A DNA stretch of 64,000 nt, from NCBI GenBank assembly GCA_964291405.2, contig OZ219926.1, positions 3,200,001 through 3,264,000 on the forward strand, read 5' to 3'. Below are positions 48,069-57,468 of this stretch, one piece after another. Numbering within the stretch: position 1 is the first letter of the stretch; the number at the start of each line of letters is the position of its first letter. The position numbers were made by a program, and so were the translations under genes. This DNA comes from Thermodesulfobacteriota bacterium (GTDB taxonomy: Bacteria; Desulfobacterota; Binatia; Bin18). The notes under the pieces were generated by a model. That model was given only the letters and a program-made list of their open reading frames with translations. It was not told the origin of the DNA and did not search any database.

Positions 48069-49196
48069 ATGGAGATACGCACGAATGGGTATGTTTCTGC
48101 CGATGGTCACGTAGTTGAGCCGGCGGATCTGTGGACCACCCGGATGGACAAACGGTTTCGTGACCGTGCTCCGCGGGTCGAATCACGGCCAGAGGCTGAC
48201 TACTACATTATAGAAGGGCTGACCGAGTTCCCGGTGGGCCTTGAAGGCGTAACCATTGAGGAGAAAATGCAGGGTCAGGTCACCACCCCAAAAGGCCGTC
48301 GGCATGCCGAAACGCGACCCGGCGCGTGGGACCCACAGCCGCGTCTGGTCGATCAGGAGCGCGATCATCTACGGGCTGAGGTGATTTATCCGGGCGGGTT
48401 TGGCCTCCAGTTTTTCCACGTTCAGGATGCTGAATATCAGCGTGAGATCATTCGGGTCTATAACGACTGGATCAGTGAGTTTTGCTCGGCAGCGCCAGAC
48501 CGCCTGCTGGGATCAGCCTTACTGCCCATGCGGGGTCCGGTCGAGTGGGCGGTTGAGGAAGCCGAGCGTATAGCCAGGATGAAGGGCATTTGCACAGTCT
48601 TGATCCCGGCCGAGGTGGAACGCTCGTATGCCCACGCCGATTATAACCCCATGTGGGATGCATTGCAGGACATCGGGCTCCCGGTTGCGACTCACTCGGG
48701 AACTGGAACGGGTGAGGCCATTTTTGCCAAGATAGAGCGTCTCGGCACAGGGCTCGGCGTGACCGACAACAAGGTCTTGCAGCCGATGCGCGCCATGGCC
48801 GATCTCATCTGGGGTGCCGTACCGCAACGCTACCCACAACTGCGCTTTGTGGTGGTCGAAGGCGGTATCGGCTGGGTAGCCTCGCTGCTCGGCTTCATGG
48901 ATCACTGGTGGAACGATCACCGCCTCTGGATGGAGCCGAAGCTGGACGAAGCACCGAGCACGTATTTCAAGCGTCAGTTCTGGGCCACATTCGAGGATGA
49001 CCGGGCCGGAATTCTGACCCGCGAACTGGTCGGCGTTGATCGTCTCATGTGGGGTTCGGACTATCCACATACGGAAGGAACCTTCCCCTACTCCCAAGAG
49101 CAGATCATGCGGGATTTTATGGGCGTGCCGGAAGCTGAGGTGTACCAGATGGTGACGGGTAACGCGGCGCAGTTGTATGGGCTCGCCGTGCAATAA
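48069..49196 (+). CDS. Amidohydrolase family 2 protein
   Basis: SADGHVVEP, EGGIGW, WGSDYPHTEG. Confidence 0.9.
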   Translation: MEIRTNGYVSADGHVVEPADLWTTRMDKRFRDRAPRVESRPEADYYIIEGLTEFPVGLEGVTIEEKMQGQVTTPKGRRHAETRPGAWDPQPRLVDQERDHLRAEVIYPGGFGLQFFHVQDAEYQREIIRVYNDWISEFCSAAPDRLLGSALLPMRGPVEWAVEEAERIARMKGICTVLIPAEVERSYAHADYNPMWDALQDIGLPVATHSGTGTGEAIFAKIERLGTGLGVTDNKVLQPMRAMADLIWGAVPQRYPQLRFVVVEGGIGWVASLLGFMDHWWNDHRLWMEPKLDEAPSTYFKRQFWATFEDDRAGILTRELVGVDRLMWGSDYPHTEGTFPYSQEQIMRDFMGVPEAEVYQMVTGNAAQLYGLAVQ

Positions 49197-49236
49197 TTGA
49201 GCCGGAAACGAGTTAAACCGAGGGAACACAGGAGGA

Positions 49237-50361
49237 ATGATGGAGGTAAGTACCCAAGGCTATGTGTCTGCGGACGGCCATGTTGTTGAGCCAGCAGACC
49301 TGTGGACCACGCGCATGGACAAACGTTTTCGTGACCGCGCCCCACGGGTCGAAGCGCGCGAAGATGCTGACTATTACATTATTGATGGGCTGACGCCATT
49401 TCCGGTTGGGCTCGAAGGTGCCACCATGGAAGACAAGCTCGCCGGCAGCATTGAGACCATGGCGAGTCGGCACGCTGATACACGACCAGGGGCATGGGAC
49501 CCACAGCAGCGACTGCTTGACCAGGACCTGGACCATGTCCGGGCTGAGGTTATTTACGCGGGCGCGTTCGGACTTCAATTCTTCACGCTTCAAGATGCCG
49601 AATACCAGCGCGAAGCCATGCGGGTGTATAACGACTGGCTGAGCGAATTCTGTGCGGCTGCGCCAGATCGCCTGCTTGGCGCAGGCTTGCTGCCCGTGCG
49701 CGGCCCGCTCGAATGGGCGTGTGAGGAAGCCGAGCGGTGTGCCAAGCGGGGTCTGCGGACCCTCACGATTCCCGCGGACGTGCCAGATCGTTCTTACGTG
49801 ACGTCGGACTATGAGCGTCTGTGGAGTACGCTCGAAGATATCGGACTGCCCGTTGCTACCCATTCCGGCACGGGAACGGCCGAAGAGTTTTATTCGAAAT
49901 ACCAACGCATGGGCACGGGCATGGCCGTGGTTGAAATGAAGATGTTCCAGCCCATGCGCGGTTTTGTCGACCTGCTCTGGAGTGCCGCACCCCAACGCTA
50001 TCCAAAGCTGCGCTTTGTGATCGCTGAGGGTGGCGTCGGTTGGATCGCCTCTATGCTCGGTTTTATGGATCACTGGTGGAACGATCATCGTCGCTGGATG
50101 GAACCCAAGCTCGACGAAAAACCGAGCACGTATTTCAAGCGCCAGTTCTGGGCCACATTTGAGGACGACCGAGCTGGCATTCAGACCCGCGATATCATTG
50201 GCGTGGATCGCTTGATGTGGGGTGCAGACTATCCGCACACGGAAGGCACGTTTCCGCGTTCGGTCGAGCAGATCGCCAAAGATTTCGCCGGGGTGCCTGA
50301 AGGCGAGGTCTATCAGATGGTGGCCGGGAATGCGGCCCAATTGTATGGCCTTGATACATAG
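49237..50361 (+). CDS. Amidohydrolase family 2 protein (tandem paralog)
   Basis: Colinear and highly similar to 48069..49196. Confidence 0.9.
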   Translation: MMEVSTQGYVSADGHVVEPADLWTTRMDKRFRDRAPRVEAREDADYYIIDGLTPFPVGLEGATMEDKLAGSIETMASRHADTRPGAWDPQQRLLDQDLDHVRAEVIYAGAFGLQFFTLQDAEYQREAMRVYNDWLSEFCAAAPDRLLGAGLLPVRGPLEWACEEAERCAKRGLRTLTIPADVPDRSYVTSDYERLWSTLEDIGLPVATHSGTGTAEEFYSKYQRMGTGMAVVEMKMFQPMRGFVDLLWSAAPQRYPKLRFVIAEGGVGWIASMLGFMDHWWNDHRRWMEPKLDEKPSTYFKRQFWATFEDDRAGIQTRDIIGVDRLMWGADYPHTEGTFPRSVEQIAKDFAGVPEGEVYQMVAGNAAQLYGLDT

Positions 50362-50398
50362 AGATAGACGCGCTTACTCTCCAGAAGGAATGAACGTC

Positions 50399-51562
50399 AT
50401 GGCAGGCTGTCTCGACGGAATCAAAGTCCTCGACCTCGGACGCTATCAGGCCGGTCCACGCTGTGCGATGGTGCTCAGCGATCTGGGTGCGGAGGTCATT
50501 AAAGTCGAAGCGCCGGGTGGGGACGAGTCACGTGGCTTGGGCCGCGTCTACTGGTCCGCGTACAACCGCGGGAAGAAGAGCATTACGCTGAATCTGCGCA
50601 GCGAGCAGGGCATCGCTCTCCTTAAAGCGCTTGTACCTAAAGTGGATATGCTGCTCCAGAATTTCCGGCCGGGTGTCATGGCTAAGATGGGCCTGGGGTA
50701 TGAGACGCTCAAACGGCTCAACCCTGGGCTTATCCTCATCAACGTCTCCGGCTTTGGACAGAAAGGGCCGTACCGGGACCGACCCGCCTACGATCCGATT
50801 GGCCAGGCCATGTCCGGCCTCATGGGCTTTACCGGATTTCCCGACGGTCCGCCGGTCATGACCAACTCTCCCATCATTGATCGGATCACGGCGCTACACG
50901 CTACTATTGGGGCGTTGGGTGCCCTCCACCGCCGGGATGTCACCGGAGAGGGCCAGTCCCTTGACGTGTGCCTGCTCGACACCGGCTATACGCTGATGGA
51001 GATTCCGATTGCCCAATATCTCCTCACCGGCAAGGAACCTCAGCGGCGGGGTAACACCCCTGGCGGCATTGCCCCGTGCAACACCTACCAAGCCAAGGAC
51101 GGCTGGGTCTATATCCTGGCCGTACCCCAGCATATGTGGGGGCGGTTCTGTCGCGGAATCGGCCGAGCGGATCTTGTGGACGACGAACGCTTCTCCAGTA
51201 TCGCAGGGCGGGCGTCGCATGCGGACGAGGTCAATGCGCTAGTCGATGAGTGGCTGAAAGACAAGACGGTGGCAGAGGTCGTGCAAGTCCTGGAGCAGGC
51301 CGAGGTTCCGGTCGGGCCGGTGCATACCATCCCGCAAGCGGCCCACGATCCCCACCTGTGGGAGCGGAAAATGCTGGTTGAAATTGAGGATCACGAAAAA
51401 GGGCGGACGTATGTGCCTGGGCTGACCGTCAAATTCTCGGACACTCCCGGAAAAATCGGACCGATTCCACAACCCGGAGAGCATAATAGCGAGGTGTATG
51501 GCGAGTGGTTAGGACATACGGAAGCGGCCCTGACACGTTGGAGAGAAGAGGGGATTATTTAA
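50399..51562 (+). CDS. CoA-transferase family III (CaiB/BaiF)
   Basis: LDGIKVLDL, DLGAEVIKVE, NRGKKS, NFRPG, GEHN. Confidence 0.92.
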   Translation: MAGCLDGIKVLDLGRYQAGPRCAMVLSDLGAEVIKVEAPGGDESRGLGRVYWSAYNRGKKSITLNLRSEQGIALLKALVPKVDMLLQNFRPGVMAKMGLGYETLKRLNPGLILINVSGFGQKGPYRDRPAYDPIGQAMSGLMGFTGFPDGPPVMTNSPIIDRITALHATIGALGALHRRDVTGEGQSLDVCLLDTGYTLMEIPIAQYLLTGKEPQRRGNTPGGIAPCNTYQAKDGWVYILAVPQHMWGRFCRGIGRADLVDDERFSSIAGRASHADEVNALVDEWLKDKTVAEVVQVLEQAEVPVGPVHTIPQAAHDPHLWERKMLVEIEDHEKGRTYVPGLTVKFSDTPGKIGPIPQPGEHNSEVYGEWLGHTEAALTRWREEGII

Positions 51563-51586
51563 ACCGATAGCCACGAAGGAGGTACC

Positions 51587-52057
51587 ATGGCAAACGGACA
51601 AGAAAGTATGAACACGAGCGTTGCCCGGTTTGAAGAACTGCAACCGATCGACTACGCGAGCTTTATCAAGAACTACAAACCTGACGGCACCCAGGGGTAT
51701 GCGCTGATTGGTCGGGCGGGAAAGACTAGTCCGGCGATCAAGGGCGACCACGGCTTTACCATGGCCATCAATAAGGTCAGTCCGGGAAAGGGTGCCCCGT
51801 TGCATAGCCATCCGAAACCCGAGGTGTTTGTGGTGCTGTCCGGCACCTGCGCCTTTTTCTGGGGAGATAAAGGCGAAAATGAGGTCGTCCTCGGACCGTG
51901 GGATACAATCTCCTTTCCGGCAGGAACCTCAGAAGGCTTTCGGAATATCGGGGACGAGGAAGCCAATCTGCTGGTGGTCCTGAGCGGCTCGGAAGTTGGC
52001 AAGGTGACGTTTACGAAACAGAGAGAGGCGGCTGAGGCGGCCGGCGTCGAGGCGTAG
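51587..52057 (+). CDS. Cupin domain protein
   Basis: PGKGAPLHSHPKPEVFVVLSG, GPWDTISFPAG. Confidence 0.85.
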   Translation: MANGQESMNTSVARFEELQPIDYASFIKNYKPDGTQGYALIGRAGKTSPAIKGDHGFTMAINKVSPGKGAPLHSHPKPEVFVVLSGTCAFFWGDKGENEVVLGPWDTISFPAGTSEGFRNIGDEEANLLVVLSGSEVGKVTFTKQREAAEAAGVEA

Positions 52058-52091
52058 CGTATCGATATCTGGAGAAAAAGGAGGATCTCCC

Positions 52092-53003
52092 ATGGCAACA
52101 TTTTCAGTTGATCAGGTCGATGTTTTTGGCAAGGGTGTATTACAGGCTGAGGGAGTGGTGGTGGACAAGGAGGGCAACGTCTTTGGCGGTGGCCGCAACG
52201 GCATTATGTATAAGGTCACACCCGATGGCACAGTGAGTGAACTCGTCACACTGCCCGAGGGTTCTATCCCCAATGGGGTGACTATGGACCGCAATGGCGA
52301 TCTGGTCTACTGCGATCTGGGCAAGCAGGCCATGATGCGCGTTACCCAGGGCGGAGAAGTGTCGCTGATTGCCGATCAGGTTGGCGCACTCAAGCTGACC
52401 CTCCCGAATTTTGCCAGCTATGACGCCGAGGGCAATCTCTACGTCTCGAATTCGAGTACGTCGAGTATTGAGAATGTCCTGGCCGAATTGGCCACTCCCT
52501 CACCCAAAGGGGCGCTGGTCGTTATCCGTCCGAACGGGAAGAGTGAGATCGTGGCCGAGGGCATTTATCTGGCCAACGGCACCGCTATCGACCCGAAAGA
52601 AGACGCGGTCTACGTGCTGGAAAGCACCCGCAATGACTGTCTGCGCATTCAGATCAAGAAAGATGGCACGTTTGGGAAGCCTGAGATCTACTCTAAGGAT
52701 TTTCCGGCTCTGCCGGATGGCATGGCTTTTGACGTGGACGGGAATATGTATGTCACGCTGCCGGCGGTGGTGACGGGTGGGGATATGGTTCCGGCCCATC
52801 AGGTCATCGCCGTTGATACCAACGGCAACTGGAGCATGCTGATCGACGATTCGGCCGAGGGCAAGAAGCTCAACTTCCCGACGAACTGTGCCTTCGGCGG
52901 GCCGGGCTTGCAGACGCTGTATATCGCCAATCTCGAAGGCGATCACTTCAGTTGCGTCAAGACGCCCTACACCGGCCATCCGCTCTACCATCAGCGCTCA
53001 TAG
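52092..53003 (+). CDS. SMP-30/gluconolactonase family protein (paralog of 40877..41764)
   Basis: AEGVVVD, LANGTAID, PDGMAFD, PTNCAFGG. Confidence 0.9.
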   Translation: MATFSVDQVDVFGKGVLQAEGVVVDKEGNVFGGGRNGIMYKVTPDGTVSELVTLPEGSIPNGVTMDRNGDLVYCDLGKQAMMRVTQGGEVSLIADQVGALKLTLPNFASYDAEGNLYVSNSSTSSIENVLAELATPSPKGALVVIRPNGKSEIVAEGIYLANGTAIDPKEDAVYVLESTRNDCLRIQIKKDGTFGKPEIYSKDFPALPDGMAFDVDGNMYVTLPAVVTGGDMVPAHQVIAVDTNGNWSMLIDDSAEGKKLNFPTNCAFGGPGLQTLYIANLEGDHFSCVKTPYTGHPLYHQRS

Positions 53004-53016
53004 GGGCAGGTGGGCT

Positions 53017-53982
53017 ATGAAGGCAATGCGAGCGCACCAACCTGGAGGACCGGAGCAACTCCGCTATGAGGATGCCCCCGACCCCGAGTTGGGGGAGGCT
53101 CAGGTCCTCGTTCGGGTCCGGGCGATTGGGATCAACCCTGCCGATCTGGTCCGGCTGTCCGGCAAGCTTGCCCCCCTGAAACTTCCCTATATCACTGGTA
53201 CGGACGTGTCTGGTGAGGTCGAAGCCGTGAGTCCCGGCGTTACACAGGTTAAGGTCGGCGACCGCGTATTTGGCCGTGCGATGAGTGCCGGCTATGCAGA
53301 AAAGACGTGTCTGCTCGCCCAAGAGGCAATACCCCTACCGTCCTCGCTTTCTTTTGCTGAGGGGGCCGCGATCCCGATACCGTTTTATACTGCCTATTAT
53401 GCCTTGCATCATAAAGCAGGAGTGCAGGCGGGAGAAACGGTCCTGATCTCTGCTGGTGGCGGTGGCGTTGGCGTCGCGGCCATTCAGCTGGCCAAAGCCG
53501 CGGGAGCTCGGGTGATTACGACAGTTGGGTCACAGGAAAAAGTAGACCGGACACGCGAACTGGGTGCTGAGGTAGCGCTGAATTATAAACAGCAAGATTT
53601 TGCGGTCGAGGTTCTCAAGCTGACCGAGGGCAAGGGAGTGGATGTCATCATTGAGAATGTCGCCACAGATAACTTGGCGGCCGACTGCTCAGCCGTTGCC
53701 AAGTCCGGCCGCATTGTCTTAATCGGTACGGGCACCGGTAAGGCTCCGGACGCTACGTTCGGCGTGCTGCCTGCCCTCATCAAAGATATCACCTTCTATG
53801 GCATGAGCCTCATTAATGCTGCCCAGGTTATCCCGGAGATGGCGGCCGCACTCACCCCACTGTTTGCCGATGGCACACTCAAAGCATTGGTGAGTAAGAC
53901 GTATCCGTTGGCTGAGGCTGCTCAAGCCCTGAATGACCTGCTTGCGAGTAAAGTGTTCGGCAAGCTGGTTCTGACGCCATGA
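53017..53982 (+). CDS. NADPH:quinone reductase (MDR superfamily)
   Basis: GINPAD, GGGGVGVAAIQLA, GKGVDVI, GKLVL. Confidence 0.9.
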   Translation: MKAMRAHQPGGPEQLRYEDAPDPELGEAQVLVRVRAIGINPADLVRLSGKLAPLKLPYITGTDVSGEVEAVSPGVTQVKVGDRVFGRAMSAGYAEKTCLLAQEAIPLPSSLSFAEGAAIPIPFYTAYYALHHKAGVQAGETVLISAGGGGVGVAAIQLAKAAGARVITTVGSQEKVDRTRELGAEVALNYKQQDFAVEVLKLTEGKGVDVIIENVATDNLAADCSAVAKSGRIVLIGTGTGKAPDATFGVLPALIKDITFYGMSLINAAQVIPEMAAALTPLFADGTLKALVSKTYPLAEAAQALNDLLASKVFGKLVLTP

Positions 53983-54015
53983 AAGAGTCCGTTCAACAAA
54001 AAAGAAAGGAAGACT

Positions 54016-54426
54016 ATGGCACTCACCTTAGCGCTGGCAGAACAATTTATCGCCGCCGCCAAACACAAGGCCCAAGAACAAGGCTGGGACATGAGCTTCG
54101 CGGTCGCAGACTCGTCCGGGAATCTGGTTGCGCTGGCCCGCATGGATGATGCTCGCTGGCTGACGACCGGGGTGGCCCAGAGCAAGGCGTTTACCGCGGC
54201 GACGTTCCGTCGGACCTCACGCGAGGTGGCCGAACTGGCGGAATCCCGCTCGCAATTATTCGCGAGTGTGTCTGAGATTGTTGGACGGCCGTTATTATTG
54301 GCCGGAGGCGGCCTGCCGTTCACGCTGAACGGTGAATTTCTCGGTGGCGTCGGAGCCAGCGGCGGGACGGAAGATGAAGACATCGAATGCGCCCGCGCCG
54401 CGCTCGACGCCATTGGAGCCGAATAG
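54016..54426 (+). CDS. GlcG/HbpS heme-binding family protein (cytoplasmic)
   Basis: SKAFTAA, GGLP, GVGASGG; matches the C-half of 30635..31246. Confidence 0.88.
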   Translation: MALTLALAEQFIAAAKHKAQEQGWDMSFAVADSSGNLVALARMDDARWLTTGVAQSKAFTAATFRRTSREVAELAESRSQLFASVSEIVGRPLLLAGGGLPFTLNGEFLGGVGASGGTEDEDIECARAALDAIGAE

Positions 54427-54446
54427 ACAGACCGACGGCAACCCGC

Positions 54447-55514
54447 ATGGTCCAGCCTCTCAACGTCCTGCTCATTGGTGCGGTGGGGGACGCCGTCATC
54501 GAAAAGATTGAGGCGGTTGATCCCCGTATTCGGGTTACCGATGCGCGCGGAAAGTTCGAGGTCGAGTACGCTGAAACCTGGCCGGCGGAATCCGTTCGTC
54601 GCTATGTACCGCAATCGCTCGTCGTGGCAAATACCTCAACCCGCGCCGAGCGAGATGCCCTGTTGGCAGAAGCCGAGGCCATCTGTATTCGCTTCCCTTT
54701 CCCGCTCGATCTACGCGCTCGGGCGCCCCGCCTCAAGTGGCTCCACCAAACGCCGGCGGGTGCCTCGAATCTGCGCATGTGCGACATCTGGGGCAGCGAT
54801 GTCGTGGTGACCACATCACGCGGCCTGAATAACGCTTTGCCTATTGCGGAATATGTGCTGTCTCTAATCTTTCTCTTTGCGAAGTCCTTGCGTCAGGCTT
54901 TGCACGATCAGCACGATCAGGAATTCGAACGTCGAGCCTATCGGCCCATATTGGTTCAGGGAAAAACCGTTGGCATTATCGGCTTGGGTGGCATTGGGCA
55001 GGCTGTTGCCCAGCTCGCCAAAGCCGTGGGCATGCGGGTCGTGGCAACCCGGCGCTCAGCAGCGACTCCGCAGAGTCAGACCCAAGGTGTCGACCAACTC
55101 CTCCCGCCATCAGCACTCGCGGTTTTGCTTGAGCAGAGTGATTTTGTTGTGGTGAGTAGCCAATGGACACCAGAAACGGACGGACTCATTGGTGAAGCCG
55201 AACTGCGCCGGATGAAACCGAGTGCGTATCTTATCAACGTGGCCCGAGGTGAAATCATTGATCAAGCCGCACTCATCAAGGCGTTGCAGACGGGTTGGAT
55301 CGCCGGGGCTGGTCTGGACGTCTACACCGGAGAATTCACCGGACCGCCACCGGAGGATCTCTGGCAACTACCGAATGTGGTCATTACCCCGCACACGTCA
55401 GGTGGAACGGATGTCCAGCAGGCCAAGGGCCTGGAGTTGTTTTGTGAGAACCTGCGGCGCTACGTCGCCGGCCAAGCCCTCCTGAATGTCTTGGACTGGG
55501 AGCGGGGCTACTAA
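54447..55514 (+). CDS. D-2-hydroxyacid dehydrogenase
   Basis: GLGGIG, INVARG, GLDV, ITPH, DWERGY. Confidence 0.9.
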   Translation: MVQPLNVLLIGAVGDAVIEKIEAVDPRIRVTDARGKFEVEYAETWPAESVRRYVPQSLVVANTSTRAERDALLAEAEAICIRFPFPLDLRARAPRLKWLHQTPAGASNLRMCDIWGSDVVVTTSRGLNNALPIAEYVLSLIFLFAKSLRQALHDQHDQEFERRAYRPILVQGKTVGIIGLGGIGQAVAQLAKAVGMRVVATRRSAATPQSQTQGVDQLLPPSALAVLLEQSDFVVVSSQWTPETDGLIGEAELRRMKPSAYLINVARGEIIDQAALIKALQTGWIAGAGLDVYTGEFTGPPPEDLWQLPNVVITPHTSGGTDVQQAKGLELFCENLRRYVAGQALLNVLDWERGY

Positions 55515-55549
55515 TTAGTCAGCGCCCATCCTCGCATGAGTCCTATACT

Positions 55550-56095
55550 CTAACGCTTCACTGCAATGGCGGTCTCGCCGAATGAATGCGCCAGCCAGGC
55601 GTCTGGGTCGGCGAGAAGATCGTCCGCGTTGTGAGGGCCGAGCGTCAGATTCGCACACACCAGAACACCGCCGGTCCGTAGCCGTTGATAGAGACCCGTG
55701 ACCAGCTGTGGGGTAGGTGCGAAGCCGTCGAAGAAGGCGAGATCGTAAACGTTTGGGTCAAGGCCGTCGAGGACTGTCAGGGCATCCCCGTGATGGACGT
55801 GGACGCGGTTGCTCATCTGATAGTCAATGCAGTGTTGACGGGCGATACGAACGTGCTCAGGATCGCTCTCGATAGTATCGACTTGCGCATTTGGCGTACT
55901 GTGGGCAAGCCAGAGGGAACTGTAACCAAGGGCGGTCCCCACCTCGATAATCCGAGTAGCCTTGACTGCTGCCGCAAGGACTCCAAGCAATGAGCCCTTA
56001 TCATACGGGTAGGCCCCGCAGCCATGCTGGGCACGGTGTGCGTTCGTGGTGCTCAAGATATCCGCAAACGGATCAGTCGTAGGGGAAGGTGACAT
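55550..56095 (-). CDS. Class I SAM-dependent O-methyltransferase
   Basis: IIEVGTALGYS, YDLAFFDG, LRTGGVL. Confidence 0.88.
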   Translation of the reverse strand: MSPSPTTDPFADILSTTNAHRAQHGCGAYPYDKGSLLGVLAAAVKATRIIEVGTALGYSSLWLAHSTPNAQVDTIESDPEHVRIARQHCIDYQMSNRVHVHHGDALTVLDGLDPNVYDLAFFDGFAPTPQLVTGLYQRLRTGGVLVCANLTLGPHNADDLLADPDAWLAHSFGETAIAVKR

Positions 56096-56220
56096 GTGAG
56101 AAATCCTCCGGCTCTTTCTTACTGTTTGTCATTGTACACTATATGCCAGTGGGAGAGATCGTTGACCATATCGCTAGAGCAGTTTCCTCCGTGGTGTAGC
56201 GAGGTGTTCTCCAGAGTTCC

Positions 56221-56272
56221 GTAGGGTGCATCCCATGCACCACCTTTCCCCGGTGCGCAGGGCGCACCCGAC
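56221..56272. repeat. GTAG-family REP-like inverted doublet
   Basis: GTAG-GGTGCAT-CCC-ATGCACC, 10-nt spacer, GGTGCGC-AGG-GCGCACC-CGAC (degenerate CTAC); intergenic. Confidence 0.7.
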
Positions 56273-56451
56273 TTATCAGGAAACGCGCGGAGGCCGTTGG
56301 ACGCTACACTCATGTGAATTTTGCTCTAGCGGACGTCAGTTTCGTATCGCTTGGTTTACGCATCCCCCTAGCGACCGATGCACAGGCATAGTACAGTGCG
56401 TGCACGTGACCTCTGAGCTGCCCCCAGCCTCGGAGGACTGAAATCTCCAAA

Positions 56452-57468
56452 ATGTACACAGGTCCTCTCTTCTCTTTTCAACGTTTCTGTTCATGGCTGC
56501 TCCTTGGTGCGCTCTTCGTTGGGGGTCTGGTTGGGTGTAGCTCCGGAACAACGCTGACTGACGTATGGCTGACGGAACTCTCGCGTCGTGTCTCGCGCCC
56601 GCCAAAAGTCCACCCCGTTGGCGTTGGATATATTCCTCGATTGACACGGCGGCAGCCCCCGCTGCTTCCACCGCTGTATGTGCTTGTCCTACGGCCGCTT
56701 GATCGTCGTCCGTCTCTGCGTATCCACGAGACCCGGCAGAAAATCATTTCACTGCCCGATGACCCCAGCGCTCTCATTGGCTTCTCCGGCCTGAATTTTG
56801 AGGAAGGACAGGTGACCATCGCCCCAGCCGGAATCGCCTCCGATATCAGCACATTGCGCCACATGGACGCGGGGATGCCGCATCTGCCGGATATCCCCAA
56901 GACGTTCTTTACCCTCGCCCGGCTCCCCGAGACCGTGCAATACGCCCTGACCCTGCACTTTCGCGAGGCGGGTATTGAAACGGAAATGCTGCCGTTTCCG
57001 TTTCCGGAGCCGCTGTCAGCAGATAATCAGCGGGCGACCTATGCCCTGGGCTGTACGATAGACGAGTTTTCGCTGTTCAGCCTGCGCCGCTATCAACAGG
57101 TGCGGGTCGGCATGCGTCGGCTAGAGTTGCCGGTACGCGGACCCACACGTGCGGGGGTATCGCTCAAACTCTCACTATATCAACTGCCGTCCGGGCGGGT
57201 TGTGTGGCAAGAGCGGGTCTGGGACGTTATCCACGATCCGCCGCGAGAGGATACGCAGCACCGCTATCGCACGGCTGACGATACTCTCACCCTGGCGCTC
57301 AGCCGCGCGGTTGGGGGTATTCTGTCGATCCCGAACTTTCAGGCCGCCCTTCGTTTTCCTCGTCATGACGAGGCTCTCGCGCAGAAACAGCGCAGATTAC
57401 GGTTCAGCCGCCCGCAGCCGGGCGATCTGCTGACGCACCTCGGCGACAAAAGGCGCTCGGGGATCTAG
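56452..57468 (+). CDS. Hypothetical lipoprotein
   Basis: Hydrophobic leader with lipobox LVGC; no catalytic motif recognised. Confidence 0.65.
   Translation: MYTGPLFSFQRFCSWLLLGALFVGGLVGCSSGTTLTDVWLTELSRRVSRPPKVHPVGVGYIPRLTRRQPPLLPPLYVLVLRPLDRRPSLRIHETRQKIISLPDDPSALIGFSGLNFEEGQVTIAPAGIASDISTLRHMDAGMPHLPDIPKTFFTLARLPETVQYALTLHFREAGIETEMLPFPFPEPLSADNQRATYALGCTIDEFSLFSLRRYQQVRVGMRRLELPVRGPTRAGVSLKLSLYQLPSGRVVWQERVWDVIHDPPREDTQHRYRTADDTLTLALSRAVGGILSIPNFQAALRFPRHDEALAQKQRRLRFSRPQPGDLLTHLGDKRRSGI

Noticed and set aside
49213-50340. 375-aa minus-strand ORF (similarly 48519..49229)
   Set aside because: Antisense to well-supported amidohydrolase genes.
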